64,000 nucleotides of DNA from positions 89,344,001 through 89,408,000 of the forward strand of contig NW_024704742.1 in assembly GCF_018977255.1 (NCBI RefSeq), given 5' to 3'. Positions 22,491 to 36,520 of this stretch are shown in pieces. Made by a program: the position numbers and the translations under genes. The notes under the pieces were generated by a model. It was given only the letters and a program-made list of their open reading frames with translations, made no database searches and was not told where the DNA came from. Every line of letters starts with the position of its first letter. Position 1 is the first letter of the stretch. Source of the DNA: Callorhinchus milii. Taxonomy: Eukaryota.

Positions 22491-25400
22491 GTCAATTAGG
22501 TATATGAATCCTCCACAACAAGGGGAAGGAACATAATACTATTGGTGACAATATTATCCATTCTCAAGTTAAAATTTAGCATCTATTTAACAACACTCTG
22601 GCCCATCAAGTTCACATGTCAGCAAATTTTGGTTACATTCTACTTGAGGAGGAGGACTTTTCCCTTGCTCTTCGAATGGGATTGATTGATGCCTTGAATT
22701 ATCCAGTGCCACACCCAGTTCTTCATGCATGAGAAACTTTATATGTCTGCACTGTCCTTTATCCAGTCGTTGCCCATTCCTCTTCAAAACATAAAAATCA
22801 ACCAAATTGTGATTTTGTCATAAACAACTTATGTGCAGGACTCTCGAGCTCTATAAGAATCCATAGACAATAAAACAAAGCAATTACAACAGAAAATAAA
22901 TGTAGAAATGAGTGGTAGGAGTGTTTTTTCTACAACTGTTTTCGTACACCCAGATTGTGCTGATTCAGACCTCATGTCTAATACCTGTTTAGCATGATTA
23001 CAACGTATGATTTCCAGAAATGCCACTAATGCATGTCGTCAATACTCAATGACCCTACAGGCATCCTACTTTCAGTAGTAGGATGGTGTGCATCGGTGTG
23101 CCATCCGCTAATTTTACTCACGCACACCAGGTTTAAAGTACAAAGAAGTTGACAGTTGTAAATCAGTTTGCTGCACTGTGAAGACACATCAGTTTCCGAA
23201 CTGAAGGGCATTGCTATTTTTTGCAAAACCGAAGCTGAAACGAATAGCAGAGTTATAAGATAAGTCAAGAAGTGATTAAATACCACCAAACATTGGGACT
23301 TAAAAGCCTAAAAAGGAATTATATCTGGCTCTAGACTTGCCCCATTTTCCTAGCAATTCAGAGCAGGCAGAATTTGGCATATTGTTACATTTCATTTGAA
23401 TTTTGAAGCCTATTTTTTGCAGGTTTTTTGAAGAACTACAGAAAATCTTCAAAAAGCTTCAAAACTTGGTGGACTTTAAGAATTTTCCAAAATCTGGACA
23501 CTTTTCATACAGTAAGAAAATATTTTAAATCTAGACCTAGGTGGATTTTCTCCAGAGATTGTTTGAATGTGGATTGTAGCTTTGAAATCAAATCCAAAAT
23601 GCTTGTTAATGCATTTGCATTTTGTCAGAGGCTTTTGCAATTGATTTGTTTCCGAGCTAAACGGGTCAGAAACTATTTATTCAAATGCTATTTATCCGAA
23701 TTGATTTGTTACAGAATAAGCTGGACCTCACAACCTGCAGAATGGATGTGTAGAATTAGTTCATTGTAATGCGTATTACTTTCAATGGTGAATTAATATT
23801 GTTTAATGAAGTACAAGATTGAGATTAATATGCAATCGTTATCTGATTTATTCATATCACCAAAGAAGTGGTTTGTAAACCATTTTGATTGTAACAGTTG
23901 TACTGCATTGTAGAAGTTCATTTTAATTAAAACTACACTATACTGTTCTTTTGTACAAGTTCAAGCTTTGTTTTGTTATTTTTCAGCCATCGAGTCTTCT
24001 CATCATCTGAAACCATGGACTCTGCTAGGCTGCTCTCCTGCACCTCACCCAACTGGCTAATTTTAGCAGAAGAACTTGTTATTGGTATAATTCTTATCTT
24101 GCTAGGAGGTTATGATTTATTACACTCATGTGAAATAATGTAATATAATGTGAAAATCTGTGCAATGGTGCCTGTGAGTGTAATATTGTTGTGACAGATC
24201 AACAGGTGTGACCCGACATCAACAGGATGTGTAGATGTGTAGGCCCAAGAGAAACTGACTTCAATCGTATTTTCCCAAAGTCCCCATTGTTCCTGAAAGG
24301 GTGATGAAAGCCACCATCACAGATTAAACTTTTATACTGATGTCTCTTGTCGGGTTTCACACAGGGGTTGTGGGAGGGGGAGGGGTGGCCCTTTGTGTTA
24401 GCTCTGAGCTGGTAACACATGCAGAAATTTTAAATGACTTACTTTTATTATAGTCCCCTTCCTTCCCCTAATTAATGAGTTTAATTGGTACTCGGCTGGG
24501 AGATTTGACATTCCCTTTCCAACACTGGATATCTATAACCTCTACCCCCAGTGACTGAATAAATAAAACCACACAGCCCGGCTATTTACTAACAGTATAA
24601 TTTCTAATACCTGTAAATGCTGTGAGAGGAGGATGGTAGAGTAGGTAATCTAGGCAATCCCATGATGGAAGGATGATATCAATTGTGAAAATTCACCCAA
24701 ACTGATCTTGCAAAACTTTCTTCATGTACACACCTAATAATCAACCTAGCTAAGACTTGTATATAATTGGTCAATACATTGTACCAAATCTTCAAACTTC
24801 TTGTTTGTGCACGTACTTAATGTATGCACTGGAATCAGAAGCCCACAAAATATACAGTCAATGCATTTTACAGTTTATTCTGTAAAGCTTGTCTCAAAGA
24901 CGTGATAAGATGCTATATCAAATACAATTATTTATTATTACTATCATAGATTGGATTCCATACCTAGCTAATACTGCAATTTTAATACTTTCGATCTAAA
25001 GATAGCAATCTTTCAGAACCTTTTCCTATTTCACTATTGCAAGCAGTACAGGTGGGCTGAAGACAAGACCTTTTCTTGGACTAAAGTAATAACTATAAAA
25101 CTGAAGGATTATTTATGAAGCAATGTTCTTAATAATAAAGCCTCCTTTATTTCAGGTCAATTACATTTATTGCTGAAAATTAATAAGATACAGAGCTACA
25201 CTGCAAGCTCAATGCACTGTTCTTTTCCGTGACACTGATGGTGCTGCATATAGTTGCTTGATGTGCAGTTAGTGCACTCGGTATTTGGTGCTCTGCAAAG
25301 CACTTTGCTGGTGGGTCAGTGTGCTTTGCTCTAATGTAAATGAGCCAATTTGGTAAACAACACAATCTGTATTCACCAAAAGTTTCAGTAAGGCTTATGC

Positions 25401-25771
25401 CACTCTGAAGGAGAGTAAGTGACAATATGATGTGTAAAGGGCTGGCATTTCAATTTGTTTTCCTGAATTCACACTGGTAGTTTAGTATTGGTGCAACCAG
25501 CAACCTGGTGTAGAAAGACAACATTCCCCCAAGATTTATAGCCATCACATTCATTTTACAGATTGGCTTGACTTGCGGCTGTTTGTGAACATTTAGATTA
25601 AAAAGTAAATGCTATAGCACCCGCATGAGGAAGCAACATTGGATTTAGAGCACCAGGATTACATGGATTATGTGCCGCAAATTCCAGTGATGAAAACTGC
25701 AACGCTCACCTTCTATGTTATCAGAGTCTTTCAGACTCCAGCCATCACAGTCATAGAGATCAGTCAGGCAG

Positions 25772-26085
25772 CAATAATAATAATCTTTCCATTTCATATA
25801 GTGCTTTTCACGTCTTCTAGACGTCTCAAAGAGCTTCACAGAATATACTGTAAAGTGAATTGATTGTATATTTGTGGGCAAAATGTGGTAGCCAATTGCA
25901 CACAGCAGTGTCCCACAAACAGTGGTGGGATTGTAGTGACCGATTTATTTTATTTTTTTCTTGAGGGATTATTATCAGGCGTGTGGAGTAAGGAAACTTG
26001 CCCACGGTTTCGTCCTGCTGGGAATCAAGCCCAAGTCTCTCGCTTGTGAGGTGAGTGCTCTAACCTCTGAGCTACAGGACTCCAC
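25772..26085 (-). mobile_element. tRNA-Ala SINE, full length, short subfamily
   Basis: Ends ...GAGCTACAGGACTCCAC; lacks the CTGTTTACCTAGCAG block. Confidence 0.92.
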
Positions 26086-26574
26086 TCCAATGTCCAAAGT
26101 AATTTACAAAACAATTGCTGATTTCCCAACACTGAACAGCAGCAAACAAATCGCTTCCCATTACTAGTGTCTTAACATTGATTGGCTGTGCCCATCTGTA
26201 GAGAACACAAATGCCCATTGTCAGAATAAATACTGCCCAGCCATTAATGCGGAGGCGGTAGATGATACCAAGAATGTTATCATGAACACACGTGCTAATT
26301 TCTCTGGCAGCAGCCATTACTCTTATCCTTGCTATGCTGTACTTGGCAAAGAGATACATGGAAGGACAATTGACTGAGGGCTGGCTGGTTGATGACAGAT
26401 TAACCTACGGATGTCATTATTGTTTGTCTGGGACTGTGTTCAGTTTGTGTCATGCACTTAATTGTTGACAGTGTCTAAAGTCGTGGCTCATCACTCCATT
26501 GACAAATGCCCAAATCTAAGGGATGGAGAGGTAAGATGACCTGTACTAGCATAAGGCTCATGAGAGAATGTGCA

Positions 26575-27045
26575 CATACCATTATTATACATACCTTCAT
26601 TACCACCAGGCTCGACTATGCCAACACCTTGCTTATCGGCCTTCCCAATTCTTCCCTCCACAAGCTACAGATCATCCAGAACTCTGCAGCTCATGGTCTC
26701 TCCCGCACCAGGCTCTGTGACCCCATCACACCCACCCTCACCCGGCTCCACTGGCTCCCCATCCCTGAGAGGATCAGGTTCAAAATTCTGGTCCTCACCT
26801 TCAAGGCCCTCCATGGCTTTGTCCCCTCCTACCTCTCCAACCTGCTAACCCCTTATCAACCTCTCCACTCAGCAGGCTCCAGCCTACTCGATGTCCCCCA
26901 CCCGGCCTGTCCAATCATCGATGGTCGGGCCTTCAGCCTCTCTGCCCTCACCCTCTATAAATCCAACCCACATTCCCTTTGCCTCACTCCCTTCCTTGCC
27001 TCCTTCAAGGCATGTCTCAAGACCTTCTCTTCGACCGTGCCTTCA
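26575..27045 (+). mobile_element. L2 LINE ORF2 C-terminal fragment
   Basis: ORF 26506..27210: IHTFITTRLDYANTLLIGLP...LQIIQNSAA...ITPTLTRLHWLPI..RIRFKILVLTFKALHG. Confidence 0.95.
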
Positions 27046-27869
27046 GTATTGTTAATGCTACTGTGTGAAAGATCAGTAATGACAGATAGAAGGTTGACAC
27101 AGATAATTCAACTGAGGGGTTCTGTGCTGGGAAAGGATCGGGAAGTGATGTTTATGATCCCATCACTTTTTTTTGAAATCATTGGCCACACATTATACAT
27201 ATTCACATAAAGTGCAGTTAAGGTTGAAAAATGCTTGATTAAAAAATTCAGTGAGGACTGTGATTGTGAGGACAGCTCCTCAGATCATGAAGTGCCCTTG
27301 GTGCAGGAAACCCACATGCATTATACTAAACACTCAAGAGCTTCGAGATTGAAACAGGTGATAGATCTAGAAGCTGAATTTGATGTTTGCAAAGAAAAAT
27401 GACACAATCAGTATGTGACAGTATGTTAGATTGCATATGTTATTCTGAAAAATAAAAGGGCAAGTTTTTGATTTTCATGCCAGTTTTTCTTTACCTCACA
27501 CATAAGATGCTAATACTTTTGTGCAACAAAGTAGTAGCACAATCACATTTCACATTTGATTTTGCTTTATTAAATTGCAACAAGGGTGTCAGTATTTAAT
27601 GTATAAACAAATTTATGTAAATTTATTTAATGTATAAACAAACAGACAAATTCTGTTCAGCAGCTTGTTCACTCCCCTGGATAAGCTCTCTGTTCCCTTT
27701 TATTGTCTGGAACATGGTTTAGTCTGGGACTATAAGACCTTAAATTCTATCTAGTTTTATCTTAAAAGGGCATTTTGTCTTAAAATGTAAAGACACGCAA
27801 TCAATTTGGAAGCTGGTTTCTTGTTAAAAAAAACATTTTTTTGAATTGGCAGAGCTATTCACCGCCTGA

Positions 27870-28095
27870 TCAGATGGATAAAAACTCATTGTGTCTCATC
27901 AAAAGGACAGCATCTCCTACAATGCATCCATCAACAACAACTTATTTTTTTATAGCACCCGTGCGTGGGGTAGAATCTCTAAGTGCAGCACTCTGCAATG
28001 AATGATCAATGTAGACTGCATGCTCAAAATCTAGGATTAGGGCTTGAGCCCACAATTTTCAGCACCAGAATTGTGAGTGTCAGCAACTGATTCAG
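27870..28095 (-). mobile_element. Deu-domain SINE fragment with a short L2-tail insertion (~27930-27985)
   Basis: GTCTCATCAAAAGGACAGCATCTCCTACAATGCA, then CAACAACAACTTATTTTTTTATAGCACCC. Confidence 0.65.
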
Positions 28096-29929
28096 TCTGG
28101 AACCTAGATTATACTTTACAAAAGGTTAAACGAATAATTAAAAAAAACACTTTTAAAAGGGTAAATCAGAAAGAATAATACACTATAAATATTATGCATT
28201 ATAATTTGCTTTGTTAGTGTTAGAGGGCAAGGGAATTATGGTGGTGTTGGTGCTGGAGCATCAAGTGCTATATTCCTTGGCAAGTGTGTTGACTAGTGAT
28301 GCCACAGTTGAAGCATATTGTCTGCCGTATTTCATCCACAAAATATGCAGTCAATTCACTTTGCAGTATATTCTGTGACGAGCTTTGAGATGCCTCAACA
28401 ATGTGATCAGGCGCTGTATCAAATGCAAGGATTATTATATTTATTTGTTGAGTAACTAGAAGTGGCAGGCCTCCAATTCCCAAGATAAGGTGTGGACCTG
28501 CAAAAGAGATGGACTACTCTTTTTTAAGAGCTTCTTGGATGATGACTATGAGCAGCAATGTACTTCTCACCAGCTCTATTTGGCTTCCACATGATTCCAG
28601 GCAAATTTGTATCTGCTTTTTGGGTCTCTTTGGTCTTTTCCAATATTTCTGTCTCCCTATGATGTGAACTTTAGAGCCTATATACTCTAAAGTCACATTG
28701 GGTTTCAAACTCTAATTTTCTACAGCAGGTGCTTCCTGACCACTCTCAACATTTTCAGTCAAACATTTTGGTCCGAGTAGTATTGTGGGGCTTACGGAGC
28801 TGAATTATTATCCCTTTATAATGCTGCATTACAACAATTTACACCTATATAGTTCCTTTCATATCAGGGGGAACGTCTCAAAGTGCTTCACTAAGCTGAC
28901 TGAGAGCCTGAGGAGAGGGAAGTTTTGGAAGTTTGGGTGGGATGGGGGAAAAGGTGGCTGAAAGCACAATCGAGTATGGCTAGAGTCAATATTAGCCTAA
29001 TTTCCATTTAATTTAAGCTAACTCTTCAATTAATAGACACACTCATACTGAGACTATCACCTCTATGTGCACTGCTCCCAGGAACAAACATCCAAAATGC
29101 TTCACCGGATAAATAAGCATCAAGTGATGCACATACATAGAGAGAAAAAAAACTTTGCTCTGTATTCGCAATCCAATTGTACCCTTTCTTGGGGATATTC
29201 CCCTTTTTGACCACAGTTGTCATTTATAGCATGTTTCAAGGAGTGTTAGGTCATTCATCTTATTGTGCAGGCTTCAAGCAGTAACAGAAGGTTTTCAGCA
29301 AAATGAACAGAAGGGATGTAAACAGAGCCTCTGTTATTTTTTTGTGTGAGTATTGGATTTGTGATTTGCAAAAGCATTACTGTACATTGCTATAAAACAA
29401 GAATTTGTTCCCAATAATTAAGTTATTTCAAGATTTTGTCTATTCGCATGATTTTATATATTTTAATCCAGAGTAGGTTTTTTTAATAAATCATTCATTG
29501 CCTCCAACTTCCAGTTTAACAGATCAAATAATCTCCCCCCTACCCACCCCACTGCCCATATAGCTGAGCAAACAACTCATTTGCATCACTTACAACTAAT
29601 TTACATGGGATTTTGCAGTTTTGTAGCAGATGGGGAGGATGGAAGCATTAGAGAATATGATTTTGCATTTTACTTCCAAAATGAAACAGAACGCAAAGCT
29701 GAAGGAGGGGGAGTAGGAAACTATAGCAGAATGGAAGCCTTTAAAGAAACAAGCTCTCATATGTATTGGAGACTGCACACACCCACTTAAAGTAAAATCA
29801 GTGTACACTACATTAATCAAGAAAAGCACTGACGTCTTAATATGCATCAATGTGCACAATGTATCATTGCCCTTAAAACTCAACAATAAACAGAATCAAT
29901 GATTATCATAATATTCTCTTCAGTTATGA

Positions 29930-30272
29930 AGAGAGACTGGTGTAGCTTGAGTCTTTTTCACTAGAGCTGAGAAAGTTTAGGCTAAACAGAGGTCTTCAAG
30001 ATCATGAATGATTATAGTTGGATAAATAGTAATAGATTATTTCTACTGGATAGTGAGTCAGTAACAAAAGGGCACGAGATAATCACAAAAGGATATAAAG
30101 AAGGTAGGAGTTGTTAAATTTCTTTTCACTGAAAAGAGCGATGATAATGTAGCGTTTTCTGGAACAAACCATAAATGGAGCAGAGTCTAAAATTCTTAAA
30201 AAGGAATTGGATGCTTGACAAAAAAGTATAAAGGGAATGGGAAGTGAGTTGGAGTTTGGAGTGAATTAGATT
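29930..30272 (+). mobile_element. CR1 LINE 3' region, heavily degraded
   Basis: TATGAAGAGAGACTG...CTTTTTCACTAGAG...GTCTTCAAGATCATG (YEERL..LFSLE..VFKIM)...GAATTGGAT. Confidence 0.7.
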
Positions 30273-30284
30273 TGTTATGCGGAG

Positions 30285-30735
30285 AACAACAAACAACAAC
30301 AAATTGCATTTATAAAGCGCTTTTCACGTCGGGAAGACATCCCAAGATGCCGGACACTTGAGGATTTGCACCCAAGCTGAGGGTTGGATTCGGAAGTGGT
30401 GGGGACCAAGGTGGTAAGCTGAGTGAAGGAATGGAGAAAGAGAAAGGTCTGGAGGAAGTGAGACAAGGACAAGGCGAAGGTTCTGGTCCTTTTTCTCACT
30501 CCCTCAAGGAGTTCTAGAGTGTGGGAGTAGAAAGGCTGAAGGCCCAACTGCCAATGGTGGGACAGTAGGGTAATGCAAAACCGTCATGAGATTTAATAGT
30601 GAGAAGGATCTTGAGCTTGATTCTCTGGGGCGTGGAGCAACAGTGGAGCCAGGTGAGGATGGGGACAATAGGCTTGCGGAGCATAGTGCTGAATAGGACA
30701 CAAGCTGCAGCGTTCTGGAAGGTCTCCAGTTTGTG
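30285..30735 (-). mobile_element. L2 LINE 3' fragment
   Basis: ORF 30514..30780: FQNAAACVL...PILTWLH...RIKLKIL; terminal stem-loop and (CAA)n. Confidence 0.9.
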
Positions 30736-32279
30736 GAGGGAAGAAAAACACTGTGCAGGCATGATAGCCAAAGGGACCATTTCTATGCTGTAGAATTCTG
30801 TGATACTGCATAAAGACAGATCACAGATTGTAACAGTCTGGACTGTAGATCAACCCGGATCCAGGAGGTAGAAAGGTCAGTGTTCAAACTCACACCAACA
30901 TCTAGCTCCCTGAAAGAAAATTTCTGATTTTTTTTTATAATACCGTAGTAAGGTTGAAGATTATTACAGTAAAATGTCAAAGTATTAAAGGATAGGAGAC
31001 TGAGGTTCCTACTCCCCATATCCTAACCCTTTTTTGGGACCCACTCATTCTTTGCTAAGTGCTTTGAGAGGCTTAACTATGTGGAAGATGCTATATTATG
31101 CAAGTTGTTCTAACCCATCAAAATTAGTGCAAAATTCACTCCAAAATATACTTGAATGCCAGTGTACACATTCTGAAATATAGTTACTCTGGAGATGTAA
31201 AGCTGGCCTTTTAATATTGCCCTTGCCCCTTTCCTGCAATGTTTTCAAATGCCAAACTTGGAAAAGGCAGCCACTGTTTTGTCTTATAGATAAGGTTGTT
31301 TCTTCCTGCTGTGGCAACCCAATGACTTAATATTGGAAAACTGAAAACACACAGAGGATATTAACACTGTTAAAGCTGTCTTTTTCTTTTTTACCTTAGA
31401 AACAAAGCCTGGAACTTTTGCGCAACTTCTGTGCCCAATTTGCTGCCGCATTTCACCCAGAAAATATACGGTCAATTCACTTTACAATATATTCGGTGAC
31501 GCGCTGAGATGTTTCAAAGCACGTCACAGAATATACCTGATAAGGCACTTTATCAAATGCAAGGATTGTTATTATTATTTTCCATGAACGATCCCTAAAG
31601 CACATTAGTTTAAAATAAATTAAACAAATTGTCTTCTCTCAACAGAAGTTGTATTTGTTTATTGTTCCTTTTACTATTTGTTTCAAGCGTTAACTAGTGA
31701 AAGCCATTGTTGCAAACAAATACAATTAAAGGATCCCTTATTGCTTTTTCCTGAATAGACTTGTCACATTATTATTCAGTCGATCTAATCTTGCAACAGA
31801 GAGAAAAAAATATCAGCGATACCAAGTAATACAGAAAGAAGCTATTGTGTGGTGGAAATCTAATCTTTATCTGGCAAGTAATTGCTTCATTAAAGGATTT
31901 GCAAGCTCAACACTCGCATAGAATAGAAATGAGAGCAAGAGACCTGAGCAATAACTGATATATTCATCCACTGGAAAGCATCAGGGTTATTTTAGCTATT
32001 AGTGTCACTGACATGACAGCAGTGTGACTGGAGAAAAATCATTTAATCTGGAAGTTGGAGGCAATGAATGTAAGTACATGGTCTAACATGTCCATAATCT
32101 TCTGATAACTCCTGGCAATACAAGATGCATTTGATTTAAGTTTTTGAACGTTTGTTAATGCTGCATTTTGTTGCTGAGTGCTCCAGCAGGTGTACTCTGT
32201 AGATTCCTGTCTGTACCTAACAGCTTATTTTAAAGCAGATTCAAAATGTATTGAATAAACAAACTGCAGCCAAAATGAA

Positions 32280-32800
32280 AATAATAATCCTTACATTTGA
32301 TAAAATGATAATCGTTGCATTTGAAATAGCACTTTTCTTGTCTTCTAGACGTCTCGAAGTGCTTCACAGAATATACTGTAAAATGAATTAGTTATACATT
32401 TGCGGGTGAAACGTGGCAGCCAATTACGCACAGCAATGTCCCACAAACTGTCATGGATTGAAGTGACTAATTTATTATTGTATTTTTTCTTGAGGGATTA
32501 TTATCAGGCATGTGGAGTAAGGAAACGTGGCCAAGGTTTTGCCCAGGGAATCAAACCCAGGTGTCTCACTTGCGAAGTGAATGCTCTAACCACTGAGCTA
32601 CAGGACTCCACATAGCATCTTTCATATCCAGAGGATGTCTCCAAACGCTTTGCAGTACACAATGTAGTGACTGTATATTTTGTAGGCAAACACAGCAGTT
32701 AATTTGGGCTCAACAGTGTCCCACAAGCAGGCAGGAGATTTCTGGCTCAGACACTGGGAGAAATGTCCTTTTTTTTCCCGAATGGTGCCATTGGATCTTT
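32280..32800 (-). mobile_element. tRNA-Ala SINE (short subfamily, ~32303-32611) nested in the tail of an older Deu-type SINE
   Basis: The outer tail AATCCTTACATTTGATA (32285-32302) resumes as ATAGCATCTTTCATATCC after the inner head GGACTCCAC. Confidence 0.82.
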
Positions 32801-33614
32801 AACTATTAAGTTATTTAACATTTATTGATTTAACGTTTTAATGTATCTTTCAGTTTTTTTAGTGTAACCGCAATAAGTATACTTAAACAATACTCGGGTG
32901 ATGCTAATTTTTTGTAAAATCAATGTTGTTCACTCTTGCCTCTAGAGATTAATTGTTCATAAGAGGGTGGGAACGCAAAGAGATGGGTCAAGCACGAATG
33001 GTACTTTTTTTTAAGCATTTCAGCTGTGCTGGTAAAACATAGGTATTACCCTTAAAGCTGACTCTTCATGTGCTGTGCAGCATAAAAAGTGATTCTGTTG
33101 CGAAGGAACTCTCTTCCCTGAGCATCATTTTAAATGGTTTTTAATTCTATAAATTTTAAATTAAAATAAGTTTGACGGCAAGAGCAAAGGGAATGGCCTC
33201 TGACCCATCTCCACTCTCTGTGGTCATTTATCCAGTACCCTCCTGACAGACCATTAAGGCAGCACCACACAAATGCATGAGAATTGAACATGAAATACAT
33301 TTTATACATATACATGTAACAGCGCTTCAGATGACATTGTATTGCCACTGGAATGCATAACTTGCCCCCAAGTTATTTGGAACATCAGCATATCCTCTGA
33401 TGTTTTTTTTCGCTTTGCAGTCAATATTCCTTTCTCCCCTCTTTTGAATCCAATAATAATAATTTGGTCACTCAATCCACGACCATTTATGGGTCACTGT
33501 TGTGTGCAATTGGCTGCTGGTTTTCACCACAATTGGCAGCCACGTGATAAGGCGCTATATCAAATGCAAAGATTATTATCATCAGCACTACAGAATTACC
33601 AATGGCAAATAATA

Positions 33615-33860
33615 GAATTAGCTTGGTGTTTTTTACTCCTCTATCCTTCATTAGAAACGCTCCAATAGGTTCTTCTTCCCTCCTCTCAAGCTCCTCTGTT
33701 TTGGCAAAAAACAGTCCCATCTTTTCAAGTCTCTCTACGTAACTCCAACCTCTCAATCCCAGTATCATCCTCATAAATCTTCCATAATCTCTACATGGCT
33801 TTTGACTCTTTCTATAATGTAGTTCTCAAAACTGGACAAAAGACTCTAACCATGACCCAA
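33615..33860 (-). mobile_element. CR1 LINE ORF2 3' fragment
   Basis: ORF 33487..33774: RMILGLRGWSYVERLEKMGLF. Confidence 0.78.
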
Positions 33861-35747
33861 GCACTGCATACTTATTGTCTGTAAGTGGTGCACCATCTTC
33901 CATGACAAGGTTTTGGGAGATATCTTCAGGAAGGTGGGAGCGGCTCAAATTAAATCTGAGTAAATCAAAGGAAAAGGAAATGAAATCACGTTCCTCAAAG
34001 TGAGCCCACAAGTCCTCCCGCCACTCCCGTCCATAATAATAGAATATAATTGACAACTGTGCCATGAACTAACAGAGATTAGATGCACATGTTCCAAGAT
34101 CAACAATAAAAACCCACAGCTTTTCTATTAAATCAGCGAATGAATGGGTTGAAGAGAAATAAAACAGGGATGAAAAATACTCAACAGGAAAACAACAATT
34201 GAAGTCTTGTACAGCAGAAAGCGGAACGTGAACCTCGATCTAACTGGAGATCACCTCCAGTAAATTCCTTGCAAGTTGGTATGTAATACATGTCGTTCCC
34301 TGTAGGAGATGTGCTTTGCATCCCATTGCGTGTTTCCAGTACAAAGCATCACTTACACCACGGTTTTCTCGACAAGCACATTTTCATATTCAAATGTCGA
34401 TGAAACATGTTCGAAATTTGCATTGCTCCTGCCTTAAGTGTATGCAACGGTGGAGGTGGGCTCTTCTGTGATGATTTAGACATGTTGAGGTGCCATTATA
34501 CTCCATGCTAGCTCTACAGGTTCAGCCATGTGCTGCTGCTTGTTGTCCTTTCCACAATGGGCTGCGAGTGGTGATGGTGAAAAATATTTTCTTGAAATGA
34601 ACAAGACAAACGGTTTAACAAATCGAAAATACCAGAGGCACTGTTATAATGTGCTGACAGGAAATGTGTTGATATGGAACAATAGAAAGGGTACAGTGTC
34701 TTAATGAAGTGACTTTGGAGTAGAGAAGCACGAATGCAGAGGTAATGTGACATTGTAAATCGGGTTTATCTGTAAAATAATTTCATGGAAAGACCCATTT
34801 ATCCAATAAACACAACATTGAATGATTGTTTCAATTGTGTGAAGTAACACCCGGCCAGTATCTGATACACTAACTCCCAGCTAAAGCATTGGAGTCAGCA
34901 TTCACTTGAGATCTTGTGGTTTAGCACAAACGTGACTTATTCCGAGTACTTGCCAAGCACCTTTGTAGGGTCTAAAATTATATCTATAATACTTGCTTAA
35001 ATCCAGCATTTTAGAGCACATCACTTATCAATCAGTCATTGTCTGTGCACTGCTGTGTTAATCACAGAAATATGCTTAAAGGTTTGTTTACCAGACCAAA
35101 TAGTATCAGATAGAATATTGGTTTATCTAAATCAGATCTCATCATTTTGGTAAGTTACAGCATTTCTATTCAAATACATGTCCATTACTGATATGTCAAT
35201 ATTTCAACCATGATTTTAACCAAGTAGTGTTGCAGTACTGAGCCAAGTATATTTCTTAGGAACATCAATGCGAGCAAACTAATGGTAACTCCTGATGATA
35301 AAACAATACAAAACACAATATAGCATCTTTTACATCAGGAAGATGTCTCAAAGAATTTGACAGTGCTGGCTGGGCACCCTAGTCAGGGGAATAATAATCC
35401 TTACATTTGATATAGCATCTTTCACTTTGGGAGGATATATATGCTCCACAGAATATACTGTAATGTGTAGTGACTGTATTTTGTTGGCAAAAAGGGGACC
35501 GAATTTACACACAGCATTGTCCCTGAATAGCCATGAAGTGAGACATTTTCTGAACGAAACATTTAAATTTAAAAATGAACCTGCTGTAACTCGACTTGAA
35601 TTATCAGTAGGAGACATTGCTTTGGTAAAGTTTAGGCAATTAAAGCTGTTCAACAATAGTGACTGTCATATTTTCATTTGGGTTTAACTCAGATAGGCTA
35701 GAAGTTTCACCACAAAACTATGAAGTTTGCTAACCCGAACTCAATAG

Positions 35748-36121
35748 ATAATAATAATCCTTGCATTTGATATAGCCACTTGTCACATTTTTGAGACATC
35801 TCAAAGCTCTTCATAGAATATACTGTAAAGTGAATTGACTGTATATTTTGTGGATGAAACCCGACAGCCAATTACGCACAGCAGTGTCCCACAAGCAGTC
35901 GTGGATTGAGTGACCAATTGATTATTATTATTATTTTTTTTGAAGGAATTATTACCCCCGGAATAGCAATCCGTCAACCTACTAACTACTTACTGCTAGG
36001 TAAACAGAAGTGTGTGTGTGGAGTAAGGAAACTTGCCTTATGCTTCGCCCTGCCGGGGAATTGAACCCAAGTCGCTCGCTTGCGAGGCGAGAGCTCTAAT
36101 CACTGAGCTGCAAGACTCCAC
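35748..36121 (-). mobile_element. tRNA-Ala SINE, full length
   Basis: Complete reverse-complement copy from (TAA)n to GACTCCAC. Confidence 0.92.
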
Positions 36122-36179
36122 GTGGTTCACAAAAAATATTAGACTGAATGAGAAGACTATTTGATCTTGTATAAGTTTT

Positions 36180-36520
36180 GTATCAGCCTGCCTCACTTGT
36201 GACTCTGAGGCAGAAGGTTGCCACAAGTCAGCACTTTGAAGTCACAGTCCAATCTGTGATAGCAATACAATACTGTGGAACGTTGCATTGTCAGAGGTGC
36301 TGTCTTTTGGAGGAGACATTAAATTGAGGTGCTGTCTGCCAAATGGATATTAAAGATCCCATGGCACTATTTAAAAAGAGAAGGGAATTTCTCCAGGTGT
36401 CCTGGCCAACAATCGCCTGGATAAACTTGGTCATCACTTCATGGCTATTTGTGGGACATTGCTGTGCGTACATTGTTGGTTTCATTTGCCTACAAAATAC
36501 AGTCACTACGTTTTACAGTA
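36180..36520 (+). mobile_element. Deu-domain SINE
   Basis: GCATTGTCAGAGGTGCTGTCTTTTGGAGGAGACATTAAATTGAGG...AAAGATCCCATGGCACTATTT...GTGTCCTGGCCAA. Confidence 0.85.

Noticed and set aside
23987..24110. Plus-strand exon after TTTTGTTATTTTTCAG
   Set aside because: Good acceptor but no strong donor and no recognisable peptide.
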